Source of the DNA: an uncultured Acidobacteriota bacterium
GTDB lineage: Bacteria > Acidobacteriota > Vicinamibacteria > Vicinamibacterales > UBA2999
Assembly (NCBI GenBank): GCA_963789815.1
Contig: CAWBMG010000009.1
Location: 137,103-201,102, forward strand
Direction of reading: 5' to 3'
Length of the DNA stretch: 64,000 nt
In this document: one piece after another, positions 48,685 to 57,673 of the stretch
Numbering within the stretch: position 1 is the first letter of the stretch
Layout: every line of letters starts with the position of its first letter
Position numbers and translations under genes: made by a program
Notes under the pieces: generated by a model
What the model saw: the letters and a program-made list of their open reading frames with translations, nothing else
Told to the model about the DNA's origin: nothing
The model's database searches: none

Positions 48685-51030
48685 TCACGCGGACCGGCGG
48701 GCGGCAAGACCCGCTAGAGACTTGATGAGTGCACCCGGGTCCACCGGCTTCACCACATGCTGGTCGAAGCCCACTTCCTTGGATCGTGTTCTCGCCTCGG
48801 CGTGGCTGTAGCCAGTCACCGCGATCATGACCACATCAGCGGTTGACGGCTCCGATCGGAGCCGGCGTCCAATTTCGTAGCCGTCCATCCCCGGGAGGCC
48901 GATGTCGAGCAAGACGACATCCGGACGAAACTGCGGGGCCAGGCGCAAGGCTCCTGGGCCGTCGTGGGCAACGGCCACTTCATGCCCTTCGAGTCGAAGC
49001 AACATGGCCAGGGTGAGCGATGCGTCCGCGTTGTCGTCGACGAGAAGGACACGGGCCTTCGCGGCTGCCTCGGCCTGCGGCTCCGGCGCGGCGGGCGTCA
49101 CAGCATGGACGATCGTCGGTAGCCTGACGGTGAAAGAGCTACCGCGTCCAAGTCCATCGCTTTCGGCCGTCACGCTGCCGCCATGAAGGCTCGCCAGAGT
49201 CTTGACCAAGTTCAGGCCGATGCCGAGACCCGTCGTTACACGGTCAACGGCGTGATCTGCCTGGGCGAACGGCTCGAAGATGTGACGAAGCATGTCCCTC
49301 GTGATACCGATGCCTGAATCGGACACAACAATCTCGACCGAACCCGCGTCCTCCTTGACCTTCAGAGCGATGCGTCCTCCTTCTGGAGTGAACTTCGCTG
49401 CGTTGTTCAAGAGGTTGGCCACAATTTGCGTCAGGCGTACTTCGTCACCGTCGATCCAGATCGGCTGCTCTGGCAGGAGCACCTCGAGGTGGTGACGCCG
49501 CTCGTCGAAGAGTCCGCGCGTGGACTCGAGGGCGCGGGCGACCACCTCGCTGGCTTGCACCGGCGCTTTTCGCAGCGTCACCTTTCCGTGCGCTGCTCGC
49601 GACACATCAAGGAGGTCGTCGACGATTCTGGTGAGATGATAGGCTTGGCGCTCAATCGCTGCATACGCGGCGCGCACGTCAGGGTCGTTCGTCCCTAAAC
49701 GCTGCATGACCTGGACGCCGGAAATGATTGGGGCGAGCGGGTTCCTGAGCTCGTGCGCGAGCATGGCGAGGAACTCATCCTTCCGCTTGTCGGCATGCTT
49801 CTGAGCATCGATGTCCGTGGCTGTGCCGATCCAGGTCACGATCGCACCTGAGTCGTCTCTGTCGGGCACTGCCCGTACGAGATGCCACCGATACTGACCT
49901 GAGCGATCCTTCAGGCGATAGTCCATTTCATAAGGGGTGCCACTCTCGATGCACCGCTTCCACGTGCTCACTGTCTTTCGCAGGTCTTCAGGGTGAATGA
50001 AGCGGCGACCGATATGCTTCATCGGCATACCCGGTTCCATACCCGTGTACTCGAACCAACGACTGTTCGCGTAGTTGACGCGTCCGTCTGGCCCGGCCAT
50101 GAACACAATCGGCGGCATCGCGTCGGCAAGCCGTCGGTACCTTCGTTCGCCGTCGAGCAGCGCCGCCTCGGCGAGCGCCTTGGCTGTCGCGATACGATCC
50201 AAGACGCCAGCCGTCCAGAAAATCAGCGCCACGAGCGTCGCCACGGCGAGCATCACGAACGCGGCAATGTCGAACTCCGATGCCAACCATCCGCCCGACC
50301 GGGCCAGGATGATCACGGCGCCACTGCCAGTGATAGCGGCCGCACTGAGCGGGAGCAACCGTCGAATCAGCTGCCCACCCGGCCCGTCGCTCATGAGACT
50401 GCCGATAACCCCACGGGAAGGATTCAGACACAGGACCGCAACCGCAAACACCAGCAGAAGGCCCGCGGTCCCAGGCGTCATCTCTGGTGAAGACAGCACA
50501 CGGTACAAGCCGGCAACGCCGTAGAGGTATCCAAGGAGCGCCGTCAGTGTGATGAGGGTTGCCGAAAGCGCGAGGCCCTGGATGAGTCCCGCGCGCTGGT
50601 CGTCTTCCCTGGCACCCAGGCAGAGGGCCGTGCCCAGGAACGCGAGGCAGGCGGCGGTGTTGATGCCCATGCGACCGGCGGTCGTGGTCACAACGTCTTG
50701 GGCCAGCAGCTGGTCAATCCCGAGTTGAAAGGGTGTGACGTATTCAACGAGGGTGAGCCCGCCTATGATGGCCACCGCCGACCCGAAGATCGCCGCCAGG
50801 ATCCGTGCGATCCGGGGGACCGGCTGTAAACCCAGGCACAGCAGCCCGAGGCTTGCGAGAAGGAGGCCGAAGGCCGTGTTGGCCTTCATGGAGGCAAACC
50901 AGGGTACGAGCTCCCGAACAAAGGGATCGTCCCAGCGCCATGCAACTAGAACCGCCGACGACACGACCAAGAGGAGAAGCGCAAGCGCGTCGCGCAGGCG
51001 CCCGGGCCGGGGTGCGATCGGGTTGAACAC
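48685..51030 (-). CDS. hybrid sensor histidine kinase (multi-TM sensor + PAS + HisKA + HATPase_c + REC)
   Basis: FLAMLAHELRNPLAPI (H-box), SDSGIGI and GLGIGLNLV (G-boxes), and C-terminal VLLVDDNAD...VLLDIGLPGMDGYE (REC). The start is placed at in-frame GTG 51028-51030, because the ORF-track N-terminus overlaps the divergent gene at 51145 and looks non-coding. Confidence 0.85.
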   Translation of the reverse strand: MFNPIAPRPGRLRDALALLLLVVSSAVLVAWRWDDPFVRELVPWFASMKANTAFGLLLASLGLLCLGLQPVPRIARILAAIFGSAVAIIGGLTLVEYVTPFQLGIDQLLAQDVVTTTAGRMGINTAACLAFLGTALCLGAREDDQRAGLIQGLALSATLITLTALLGYLYGVAGLYRVLSSPEMTPGTAGLLLVFAVAVLCLNPSRGVIGSLMSDGPGGQLIRRLLPLSAAAITGSGAVIILARSGGWLASEFDIAAFVMLAVATLVALIFWTAGVLDRIATAKALAEAALLDGERRYRRLADAMPPIVFMAGPDGRVNYANSRWFEYTGMEPGMPMKHIGRRFIHPEDLRKTVSTWKRCIESGTPYEMDYRLKDRSGQYRWHLVRAVPDRDDSGAIVTWIGTATDIDAQKHADKRKDEFLAMLAHELRNPLAPIISGVQVMQRLGTNDPDVRAAYAAIERQAYHLTRIVDDLLDVSRAAHGKVTLRKAPVQASEVVARALESTRGLFDERRHHLEVLLPEQPIWIDGDEVRLTQIVANLLNNAAKFTPEGGRIALKVKEDAGSVEIVVSDSGIGITRDMLRHIFEPFAQADHAVDRVTTGLGIGLNLVKTLASLHGGSVTAESDGLGRGSSFTVRLPTIVHAVTPAAPEPQAEAAAKARVLLVDDNADASLTLAMLLRLEGHEVAVAHDGPGALRLAPQFRPDVVLLDIGLPGMDGYEIGRRLRSEPSTADVVMIAVTGYSHAEARTRSKEVGFDQHVVKPVDPGALIKSLAGLAARRSA

Positions 51031-51144
51031 GGCGGCGGCGTTCAAACGGCAACTATGGCATATTCTCGAACTCGACGCCCAAGAACCCAGGTGGCGCAGA
51101 GCTGGCACGCGACATGAAGGTGCAGGGTTGGAGCATCCCTGAGA

Positions 51145-52677
51145 ATGTCCAGACCATCGTTCAGCGCAGTCGTGCTCGGAGTCCTCTTGGCCGGCGCCGT
51201 GGCGGCTGGGCTGTTCTACGCGTTTCTGACGAGCGCGTGGGCGTCCAACCGCGTCAGAACCGAGATCATCGAGTTTCTCGCAGCCCGGTTCGACGCACAG
51301 GTCGAGATCGGCGAGATCTCGATATCGATTGTGCCGCGAGTGGCGATCGAGGGACGCGAGTTGACGCTCACGCGACTCGAGAATACACATGACGGCCCGT
51401 TCGTCCGCCTCGAGCGTTTTAGCGTGGCGGGCTGGCCGCTCGATCTGTTCCGCCGCCGAGCGTCGCGCGTGGATGTGGACGGCTTCGAGTTGCGCCTCGA
51501 GCGCGGCTCCGACCGTCCAGGTGTGTCGAGTGAGCTCGCACAGCACGACATCACGATTGACGAGGTCGTCGTGCGCAATGGTCTGCTGTTGATCCTTCCC
51601 AAAGATCCCAGAAAGCTCCCGTTGCGGTTCGAGCTCCAAGAAGTTGCGATGAACGACTTCAGCTTCAACCGTCCGTCGCAGTACAGAGCCCGTTTGACCA
51701 ACCCGAAACCACGGGGCTTCATCGACAGCACCGGACAGTTTGGCCCGTGGAACACCTACAGCCCGCGATCGACACCCGTCTCAGGGGGATACACATTCGC
51801 CGATGCTGACCTCGCGACCATCAAAGGCATCGGAGGAACTCTCAGATCGACCGGCAAGTTCGAAGGCGTGCTCGAACGCATCCAGGTTCGTGGCGTCACC
51901 TCCACGCCAGACTTCCAGCTCAAGCTCGCGGGTCAGCCGCTGAACCTCGACACCCGCTTTCGAGCCGTCGTCGACGGCACAAGTGGAGACACGTATCTCG
52001 AGGAGGTTGACGCTATGCTGGGCAAGTCACACATCCTCGCGAAGGGTTCTGTGACTTCAGAACCCGGGGTAAAGGGCCGCACGGTGTCTCTCCAGGTAAA
52101 GGTGGACAAAGGTCGGTTCGAAGACTTCTTGAAGCTTGCGGTCAAGGCGGCACAGCCGCCGATGCGTGGCGCGATCGGTCTCGACACGGGCTTCCTCCTT
52201 CCCCCTGGCGAAGACGATGTGCCGCAGCGATTGCAGCTGACGGGCAAATTCAACATTCAGCGTGGCCAGTTCACGAGCGACACGGTCCAGGACAAAATAG
52301 ACAATCTGAGCCGCCGAGGCCTCGGTGAACCTGAGAATGAAGAACTGCAAAACGTGATGTCCGCGTTCGGCGGCGCAATGACGTTGCGGGAAGGCCTCTT
52401 GCGTTTGCCGCGGCTTCAGTTCCGTGTCAGCGGCGCCGTTGTGGACTTGGCGGGCTCCTATCGACTGAAGAGCGAGGAACTGGATTTCGCCGGCACTCTC
52501 ATGCTCGACGCCCCGCTGTCGAAGACGACGACCGGCTTCAAGTCGCTGCTCCTGAAGGCCGTCGATCCGCTTTTTCGAAAACGCGGCGGTGGAAGCGTTC
52601 TACCGATCAAGGTCACGGGAACCGTCGACAAACCTTCGTTCGGGCTGGATGTAGGGAAAGCCTTCTCGCGAAAGTAG
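51145..52677 (+). CDS. AsmA-family protein
   Basis: N-terminal TM anchor (VVLGVLLAGAVAAGLFYAF), a long beta-rich body, and the C-terminal VLPIKVTGTVDKPSFGLD motif typical of AsmA C-termini. Confidence 0.65.
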   Translation: MSRPSFSAVVLGVLLAGAVAAGLFYAFLTSAWASNRVRTEIIEFLAARFDAQVEIGEISISIVPRVAIEGRELTLTRLENTHDGPFVRLERFSVAGWPLDLFRRRASRVDVDGFELRLERGSDRPGVSSELAQHDITIDEVVVRNGLLLILPKDPRKLPLRFELQEVAMNDFSFNRPSQYRARLTNPKPRGFIDSTGQFGPWNTYSPRSTPVSGGYTFADADLATIKGIGGTLRSTGKFEGVLERIQVRGVTSTPDFQLKLAGQPLNLDTRFRAVVDGTSGDTYLEEVDAMLGKSHILAKGSVTSEPGVKGRTVSLQVKVDKGRFEDFLKLAVKAAQPPMRGAIGLDTGFLLPPGEDDVPQRLQLTGKFNIQRGQFTSDTVQDKIDNLSRRGLGEPENEELQNVMSAFGGAMTLREGLLRLPRLQFRVSGAVVDLAGSYRLKSEELDFAGTLMLDAPLSKTTTGFKSLLLKAVDPLFRKRGGGSVLPIKVTGTVDKPSFGLDVGKAFSRK

Positions 52678-52704
52678 AGAGCGGTACGCTCAGGTCCGGC
52701 CCCC

Positions 52705-54060
52705 TCAAATGGCAGGAAGCGTGAACCCTGATTTCGTCACCACGTAGTCGCGCGATTCGTACGCCAGCCTGTTCACACGGCTGAGATCGATGTCCAGCAA
52801 TTGTCCGCGCCGCTTTCTGGCTTTGCCCGCAATGAACACGGAATCCACGTTCGAGGAGTCCATCCCGCGCACCACGACACCGATCGGATCGTTGATGGGG
52901 AGCACGTTGATGCGATCAGTCCTGAGCATGATGACGTCGGCTTCCTTGCCCGGCGTCAGGGTGCCGACCTTGTGGTCCAGCCCATTGGCTCGCGCGCCCT
53001 CGATCGTGGCAAACTCCATTACGTCGCGGCTCGTGAGCATCGCAGGCAGATTCTCTTTGCCTTGCAATCGCAGCTCATTGACCTGACCGCGCTGGAGCGT
53101 CAGCACGGACCGCATCTGCGCAAAAAGGTCACCAGACACGGTGGTTTCCACGTCGACGCTGAGGCTCGGCCGAAGGCCACGGTCGAGACAGCGTTGCACC
53201 GGCGGCATCCCGTGACCCATTTGCATCTCGACGGGCGCGGCGATCGACACCGTACCACCGGTATCCGCGATCATCTGAAGCTCCTCATCACTGAGAGTGC
53301 AGCAGTGGATGTACGTCGTGTCGGGTCCGAGCAGGCCCGCCCGACCCATCGCACCGAGCTTTCCGAACTTGCCGGCCACGCCAACTCCGACGTGCACGCT
53401 GATGCGAACACCCACTTCGCGGGCCAGCTCCCAATCGTGCTTCGAGACGTCGAACGTGGTGAACTCAGGACCGCGAGGGGCAAGGGCCAGCGTGAGGAGC
53501 TGGTCGTTCGCCGAAAAGTACTGCTTTGCCACTCGCTTGACGTCGTGGGGGTGCTTCAAGCTGCTGTCGTGCCACCAGGCTGTCATGTCGAGATTCGGCG
53601 TGCCGTACGCAAACACCGACCGTAAGCCAGACTCCTGCAACGCGCTGATGGCAGCATCCGTATGCTCGGGGGTGTTCTGTATGTGCGACCAGTCGAGCAG
53701 CGTGGTCACGCCGGCGTCGATGGCCCCCAGCGCGCTCACGAGATTGCCGGCATAAGCATCCTGGGGCCGATACACGGGCGCTAGCACGCCCAGGATGTCT
53801 CTGAAGTACTCATCCAGAAGCGCGTCGGGCGCGATGTTTTTCAGGATGCCCTCCCAGATGTGCCGATGCGTGTCGATGAACCCCGGCATCACAATCATGT
53901 TAGAGGCGTCGATGACTTCCGCATCCGCGACTTTCAGACGGGGACCGACTGACGCGATCTTCGTGCCCTCGATGAGGACATCGCCTTGGCGATAGTTGCC
54001 GATGTCGGGGTCGAGGGTCAGCACGCAGCCGCCCTTCAAGAGAATTCTGTCGACTGCCAT
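52705..54060 (-). CDS. amidohydrolase-family (metal-dependent deaminase/hydrolase) protein
   Basis: ATG 54058-54060 (MAVDRILLKGG). MPGFIDTHRHIWEG is the HxH metal motif, and the later His/Asp positions are conserved. Confidence 0.85.
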   Translation of the reverse strand: MAVDRILLKGGCVLTLDPDIGNYRQGDVLIEGTKIASVGPRLKVADAEVIDASNMIVMPGFIDTHRHIWEGILKNIAPDALLDEYFRDILGVLAPVYRPQDAYAGNLVSALGAIDAGVTTLLDWSHIQNTPEHTDAAISALQESGLRSVFAYGTPNLDMTAWWHDSSLKHPHDVKRVAKQYFSANDQLLTLALAPRGPEFTTFDVSKHDWELAREVGVRISVHVGVGVAGKFGKLGAMGRAGLLGPDTTYIHCCTLSDEELQMIADTGGTVSIAAPVEMQMGHGMPPVQRCLDRGLRPSLSVDVETTVSGDLFAQMRSVLTLQRGQVNELRLQGKENLPAMLTSRDVMEFATIEGARANGLDHKVGTLTPGKEADVIMLRTDRINVLPINDPIGVVVRGMDSSNVDSVFIAGKARKRRGQLLDIDLSRVNRLAYESRDYVVTKSGFTLPAI

Positions 54061-54192
54061 CGTCCATCTCCTCCGGCCCGGTATCATCGCACGGCGGCGC
54101 GGAGCCAGGTTGACGCTGCCGCGCTTCTCCTCATAGCATGGCGAGTGCGTCCCGGGGCGTCGTCCGTTGTCCGGGTCACACTAGGAGTAGGA

Positions 54193-54615
54193 ATGAAACC
54201 GTTGCGAATCGTCGTCCTATTGGTGTGCGTCGTTGCGGTCTCGTCCGTTGTCGCTCAAGGCCCCATGCGCGAGGGAGAGTGGGAAACGACGGTGGAAGTA
54301 CAGATGGCGAACATGCCGATGAAGATGCCGGCGATGAAATCCACGAAGTGCCTCACGGTAGCCGATATCAAGGACCCGAACACTGCCCTTCCGACCGGGC
54401 CGGATGCCAAGACGTCCTGCAAGGTAACGGACCAGAAGACAGAGGGCAACAAGGTCACGTGGAAGGTCGCATGCACCGCTCCCATGGAGATGACCGGCAA
54501 CGGTGAAATCCTGTTCGTGGGCGACACCTACACCGGCGTGGCGAAAATGACCATGGCGGTCGGCGAGATGACGATGAACTATTCGGGGAAGCGGCTCGGG
54601 GATTGTAAGAAGTAG
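54193..54615 (+). CDS. DUF3617-like exported protein
   Basis: ATG 54193 follows AGGAGTAGG. It has a signal peptide MKPLRIVVLLVCVVAVSSVVA and a G-x-W...C...C...TW...C...G pattern with Met-rich loops. Confidence 0.7.
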   Translation: MKPLRIVVLLVCVVAVSSVVAQGPMREGEWETTVEVQMANMPMKMPAMKSTKCLTVADIKDPNTALPTGPDAKTSCKVTDQKTEGNKVTWKVACTAPMEMTGNGEILFVGDTYTGVAKMTMAVGEMTMNYSGKRLGDCKK

Positions 54616-54620
54616 GAGCA

Positions 54621-54734
54621 GCAACTCCCAACTCCTCAATTCCCAACTCCCAACTCCCAAGAAGGCTGAGCGCCTCGGGGAGTCCTTGGGAGTTGGACAA
54701 GGAGATGTTGGGAGTTGGGAGTTGGGAGTTGTTG
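54621..54734. repeat. GGGAGTTG/CAACTCCC hairpin repeat element (copy B)
   Basis: GCAACTCCCAACTCCTCAATTCCCAACTCCCAACTCCCAAG ... CTTGGGAGTTGGACAAGGAGATGTTGGGAGTTGGGAGTTGGGAGTTG. It exactly fills the gap between the convergent stops at 54615 and 54738. Confidence 0.8.
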
Positions 54735-54737
54735 TCT

Positions 54738-55448
54738 TCAGCTCGCTCTTCGTGAGGAATAGTTGGCCAACGCCTTGGGAAACGCTTGAACGGCAGGCGT
54801 GGCGAGTTTTGGGTCTCGGAGCACCTCTTTGGCCGTTACGCCCGCTCCATATACATCACGCATGTCGTCCCCTGCCGGCTGGATGACGGCGCCCTTGAGT
54901 GCCACGCCGGCAAAGAGCCCTTTGCTGCGCGAGTAGGAAAGAATCTCGGCGTTCAGCTTGACGTCGGTCGCCGCGGCAGCCTCCCGTCCCACCGGTCCGG
55001 CCGCAACTGAAGCGTCCGCGCCGAGTTCGAGCTTGCTGCTTATCAGGCTGTTGAGGCCCTTCTGGTTCATGAACAGCATCACGAGGTCGGTGGCTTCAGC
55101 GCCAATCTGAAAGCCAAAACTTCCGCCTCCAAGGTTGAAATACGCCGGCGCGCTCCAACCCGTCGACGTGCGACAGCTCGCCACGCCACGTCCGCCGCGC
55201 CCGCCGATTCCAAACGCGACCTTGATGACCTTCGGGAACACCGCCACGCATTCGGCCCCGTCGATCACCGACTGGGGAATACCCTTGTCGGGCGCAGCCA
55301 TGATCTCGCGAAAGGCTTCAGCCGCTTTCTCTGACTGCTCGATTTCGTCTTTCACGTCAGCCGCCGGTCTCTCTTGAGCAAAGGCTGCCGCCGATAGCCC
55401 CAGAAACATCGACGCCACTATTACCGCGCGAACCAGTAGATTCTTCAT
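54738..55448 (-). CDS. SYLF (Ysc84-like, DUF500) lipid-binding domain protein
   Basis: ATG 55446-55448 (MKNLLVRAVIVASMFLGLSAAAFA). CVAVFPKVIKVAFGIGGRGGRGVASCR and GGGSFGFQIGAEATDLVMLFMN are SYLF signatures. Confidence 0.85.
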   Translation of the reverse strand: MKNLLVRAVIVASMFLGLSAAAFAQERPAADVKDEIEQSEKAAEAFREIMAAPDKGIPQSVIDGAECVAVFPKVIKVAFGIGGRGGRGVASCRTSTGWSAPAYFNLGGGSFGFQIGAEATDLVMLFMNQKGLNSLISSKLELGADASVAAGPVGREAAAATDVKLNAEILSYSRSKGLFAGVALKGAVIQPAGDDMRDVYGAGVTAKEVLRDPKLATPAVQAFPKALANYSSRRAS

Positions 55449-55496
55449 CTGTTCCACCTCTTCAAGAACCGAGTTCCTCAACGATTTCGTCTCCTG

Positions 55497-55583
55497 CTAG
55501 CCGCAGCCAACTTGATTTGCCGCGAACCACAGAACGACCAGCCCAAAAGGCACGCCGAGAAGCCATGCAATGCCGTACTTCAT
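55497..55583 (-). CDS. candidate 28-aa membrane peptide
   Basis: Reverse translation gives MKYGIAWLLGVPFGLVVLWFAANQVGCG. GAGGAG lies 8 nt upstream of the ATG at 55581-55583, and a sigma-54-like motif lies 31 nt upstream. Too short for composition tests. Confidence 0.4.
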   Translation of the reverse strand: MKYGIAWLLGVPFGLVVLWFAANQVGCG

Positions 55584-55613
55584 CGTGATGTCTCCTCTTA
55601 CGTCGCCATGTAG

Positions 55614-55629
55614 AGCAACGGGCGTTCCA
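55614..55629 (-). promoter_or_regulatory. sigma-54-like -24/-12 motif upstream of small ORF/SYLF gene
   Basis: Minus strand reads TGGAAC-GCCCG-TTGCT (GG-N10-GC, perfect -12). Confidence 0.5.
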
Positions 55630-55805
55630 GGTCTCGGAAGGCGGAAGTGTGCGACGAAGGTCGCGCGACAGCGCGCGCTACTACAGGGAAGAGCGAGCAG
55701 CCCGTGGTTAAAGCGCGCGTTCTGGCGCGACAGACTCGGATTGGAAATACGGCGTTCCAGGCGCCCGTGCAGGGCGCCTGGACGCGGGCGAAGGCGTGGG
55801 AGTCG

Positions 55806-56267
55806 TTACCGGCGATTGTTGGACACGTCAGGCACGTCTTCGCCAAGCGCCGTCGCAAGGTCTGTTTGATGCTCTTGTTCTTGTCGCAGGATTTCCCGTA
55901 GATCCTCTGCGATGCCAAACTCCTCCAAAGCTTCGCTCTGCTTGAGGCGTTGGCGATACTGGCGAATGGTCTGATTCTCGTTCTCGAGGTCGGCCCGTAG
56001 CATTTCAACGGCCTTGTCGGTCACCTTCACGGGCAAGGGCGTCACCGTGGGCGTCCCGCCGAGATAGTCAATGTGCTTGGCGATAGTGATGGCGTGACTC
56101 AATTCTTGAGCCGCATGTTTCTCTAGTTCCTGGGCGATGGCCATATAGGCCGCGCCCTTCAGCGTCTGCGAGTACACGACATAGGCGATGATCGCCTGGT
56201 ACTCGCGTGCCAAGTCTTCGTTCAGAAGCCTGATGAGCTCTTTCCGTCCGGTCGTCGCTTTGGCCAC
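55806..56267 (-). CDS. ferritin-like (bacterioferritin/Dps superfamily) protein
   Basis: LNEDLAREYQAIIAYVVYSQ, ELEKHAAQELSHA and ENENQTIRQYRQR are the four-helix di-iron ligand pattern. The start is tentatively GTG 56265-56267 (after AAAGGGGG). ORF-track start 56393 would overlap the divergent transporter gene. Confidence 0.7.
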   Translation of the reverse strand: MAKATTGRKELIRLLNEDLAREYQAIIAYVVYSQTLKGAAYMAIAQELEKHAAQELSHAITIAKHIDYLGGTPTVTPLPVKVTDKAVEMLRADLENENQTIRQYRQRLKQSEALEEFGIAEDLREILRQEQEHQTDLATALGEDVPDVSNNRR

Positions 56268-56309
56268 ACGGGCCCCCTTTCGACTCTTCTGCGGTCGCCG
56301 ATCCTCTGA

Positions 56310-56325
56310 TGCCAAGACCGTGCCG
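56310..56325 (-). promoter_or_regulatory. sigma-54-like -24/-12 motif upstream of ferritin-like gene
   Basis: Minus strand reads CGGCAC-GGTCT-TGGCA (GG-N10-GC), 43 nt upstream of GTG 56267. The -12 is imperfect. Confidence 0.4.
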
Positions 56326-56397
56326 CCCAGCCGCTGGGGCAATGAGTTCGCCGGCATGTCGCTTGCTCTGGCGAGAGCTAGCCAGGAAACCAAGTCG

Positions 56398-57567
56398 ATG
56401 TGTCCCGTTCAGTCGCCGAAGACCTACGTCCGCTCCACCTCGGCACACGAAGGCGCAACACTGCGGGCAGATCCGCCGGCGTCGCATCTGTGGGGCGTCG
56501 ATCTGTCGCTGCGGGTGCTCGCAGTGTGCGCCGTCGTGGTGATCTTGCAGTTCGCCGCGCCGGTCCTGCTTCCAGTAATTCTCTCCCTGCTGCTTTTTTA
56601 CGCACTCGATCCCATCGTTGACCGAATTGAGAGATGGAGGGTGCCGCGGGCGCTTGCGTCGGCCACCGTGGTGTTGGGACTGGTTGGTCTGCTGGGCACC
56701 AGTGGCACGTTGTTGTGGCCGCAGATTGAATCGGTGGTGACCAAGATTCCCGCCGGAGCGGCGCAGCTGCGGTCCGCGTTCCGCAGCCAGCGCACTGTAA
56801 GAAGCGATTCGACATTGGCGAAGGTGCAGGCTGCCGCCAAGGCGCTGGACTCGGCGGCCGCAGAAGCCGGCCAATCCAACCCCGCGACGCCAGGGGTGAC
56901 GCGCGTCGAAGTGCAACAGCCCTTGCGTGTATCCACCTGGCTGTGGGCAGGTGGGCTGGGCGCCCTCGGCATCCTCGGCCAAGGCGTCACGGTGTTGTTT
57001 CTCACCATCTTTCTGCTCAATGAAGACGATTCCTTCAAACGCAAGCTCATCAATCGGATGGACACACTCGGCAGAAAGCGCGTCACGATTCACATCCTCA
57101 ACGACATCGCGAAGCAGATCGAAAGCTTCATCTGGGTTCAGGCCCTCACATCGGCCGCTGTGGCATTGGCAACCGGGCTGGTGCTGTGGTGGCTCGGGGT
57201 GGAAGAGCCGGCCGTATGGGGACTATTCGCCGGCGTCATGAACATCGTTCCGTACTTCGGCCCGCTGGTCGTGACGGTCGTTCTGACCGGGGTGGGTTTT
57301 CTGCAGTTCGGTACGCTCGAGATGGCCGCACTCGTGGCTGGCGCGGCGCTTGCCATCACGACGTTCGAGGGCATGTTCCTCACCCCGCACTTGCTGAGCC
57401 GTACGGCATCGTTGAACCACGTGGCCATCTTCCTGGCGATCGCCTTCTGGAGTTGGGCGTGGGGCGTTCCAGGCATGCTCCTGGCCGTGCCCATGCTGAT
57501 GGCGGTGAAGGCCATCTGCGATCACGTCGAGGGTTTGCAGGGTGTCAGCCAGTTTCTAGGTGAGTGA
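56398..57567 (+). CDS. AI-2E family (PerM-like) transporter
   Basis: LLFYALDPIVDRIERWRVPRALA, NIVPYFGPLVVTVVL and AWGVPGMLLAVPMLMAVKAI are typical AI-2E/UPF0118 motifs. The start is tentatively ATG 56398. Confidence 0.85.
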   Translation: MCPVQSPKTYVRSTSAHEGATLRADPPASHLWGVDLSLRVLAVCAVVVILQFAAPVLLPVILSLLLFYALDPIVDRIERWRVPRALASATVVLGLVGLLGTSGTLLWPQIESVVTKIPAGAAQLRSAFRSQRTVRSDSTLAKVQAAAKALDSAAAEAGQSNPATPGVTRVEVQQPLRVSTWLWAGGLGALGILGQGVTVLFLTIFLLNEDDSFKRKLINRMDTLGRKRVTIHILNDIAKQIESFIWVQALTSAAVALATGLVLWWLGVEEPAVWGLFAGVMNIVPYFGPLVVTVVLTGVGFLQFGTLEMAALVAGAALAITTFEGMFLTPHLLSRTASLNHVAIFLAIAFWSWAWGVPGMLLAVPMLMAVKAICDHVEGLQGVSQFLGE

Positions 57568-57583
57568 CGAGCTGCTTCTGTGA

Positions 57584-57668
57584 CAACCTCCAACTCCCAA
57601 ATTCCCAACTCCCAAAGGTCCGGAATTCTTGGGAGTTGGACACGTAGTTGTTGGGAGTTGGGAGTTGT
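57584..57668. repeat. GGGAGTTG/CAACTCCC hairpin repeat element (copy C)
   Basis: ACAACCTCCAACTCCCAAATTCCCAACTCCCAAAGG - TCCGGAATTC - TTGGGAGTTGGACACGTAGTTGTTGGGAGTTGGGAGTTGT. It is colinear with copy B and lies between the convergent stops at 57567 and 57674. Confidence 0.8.
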
Positions 57669-57673
57669 AGCCC

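Noticed and set aside
51031-51639. N-terminal 203 codons of ORF 48685..51639 (MELEPQRELSGIFGK...)
   Set aside because: This part overlaps the divergent AsmA-like gene (51145..) and has non-coding-like composition. The membrane sensor domain begins near an in-frame GTG at 51030, so the kinase was shortened. The exact start remains uncertain.
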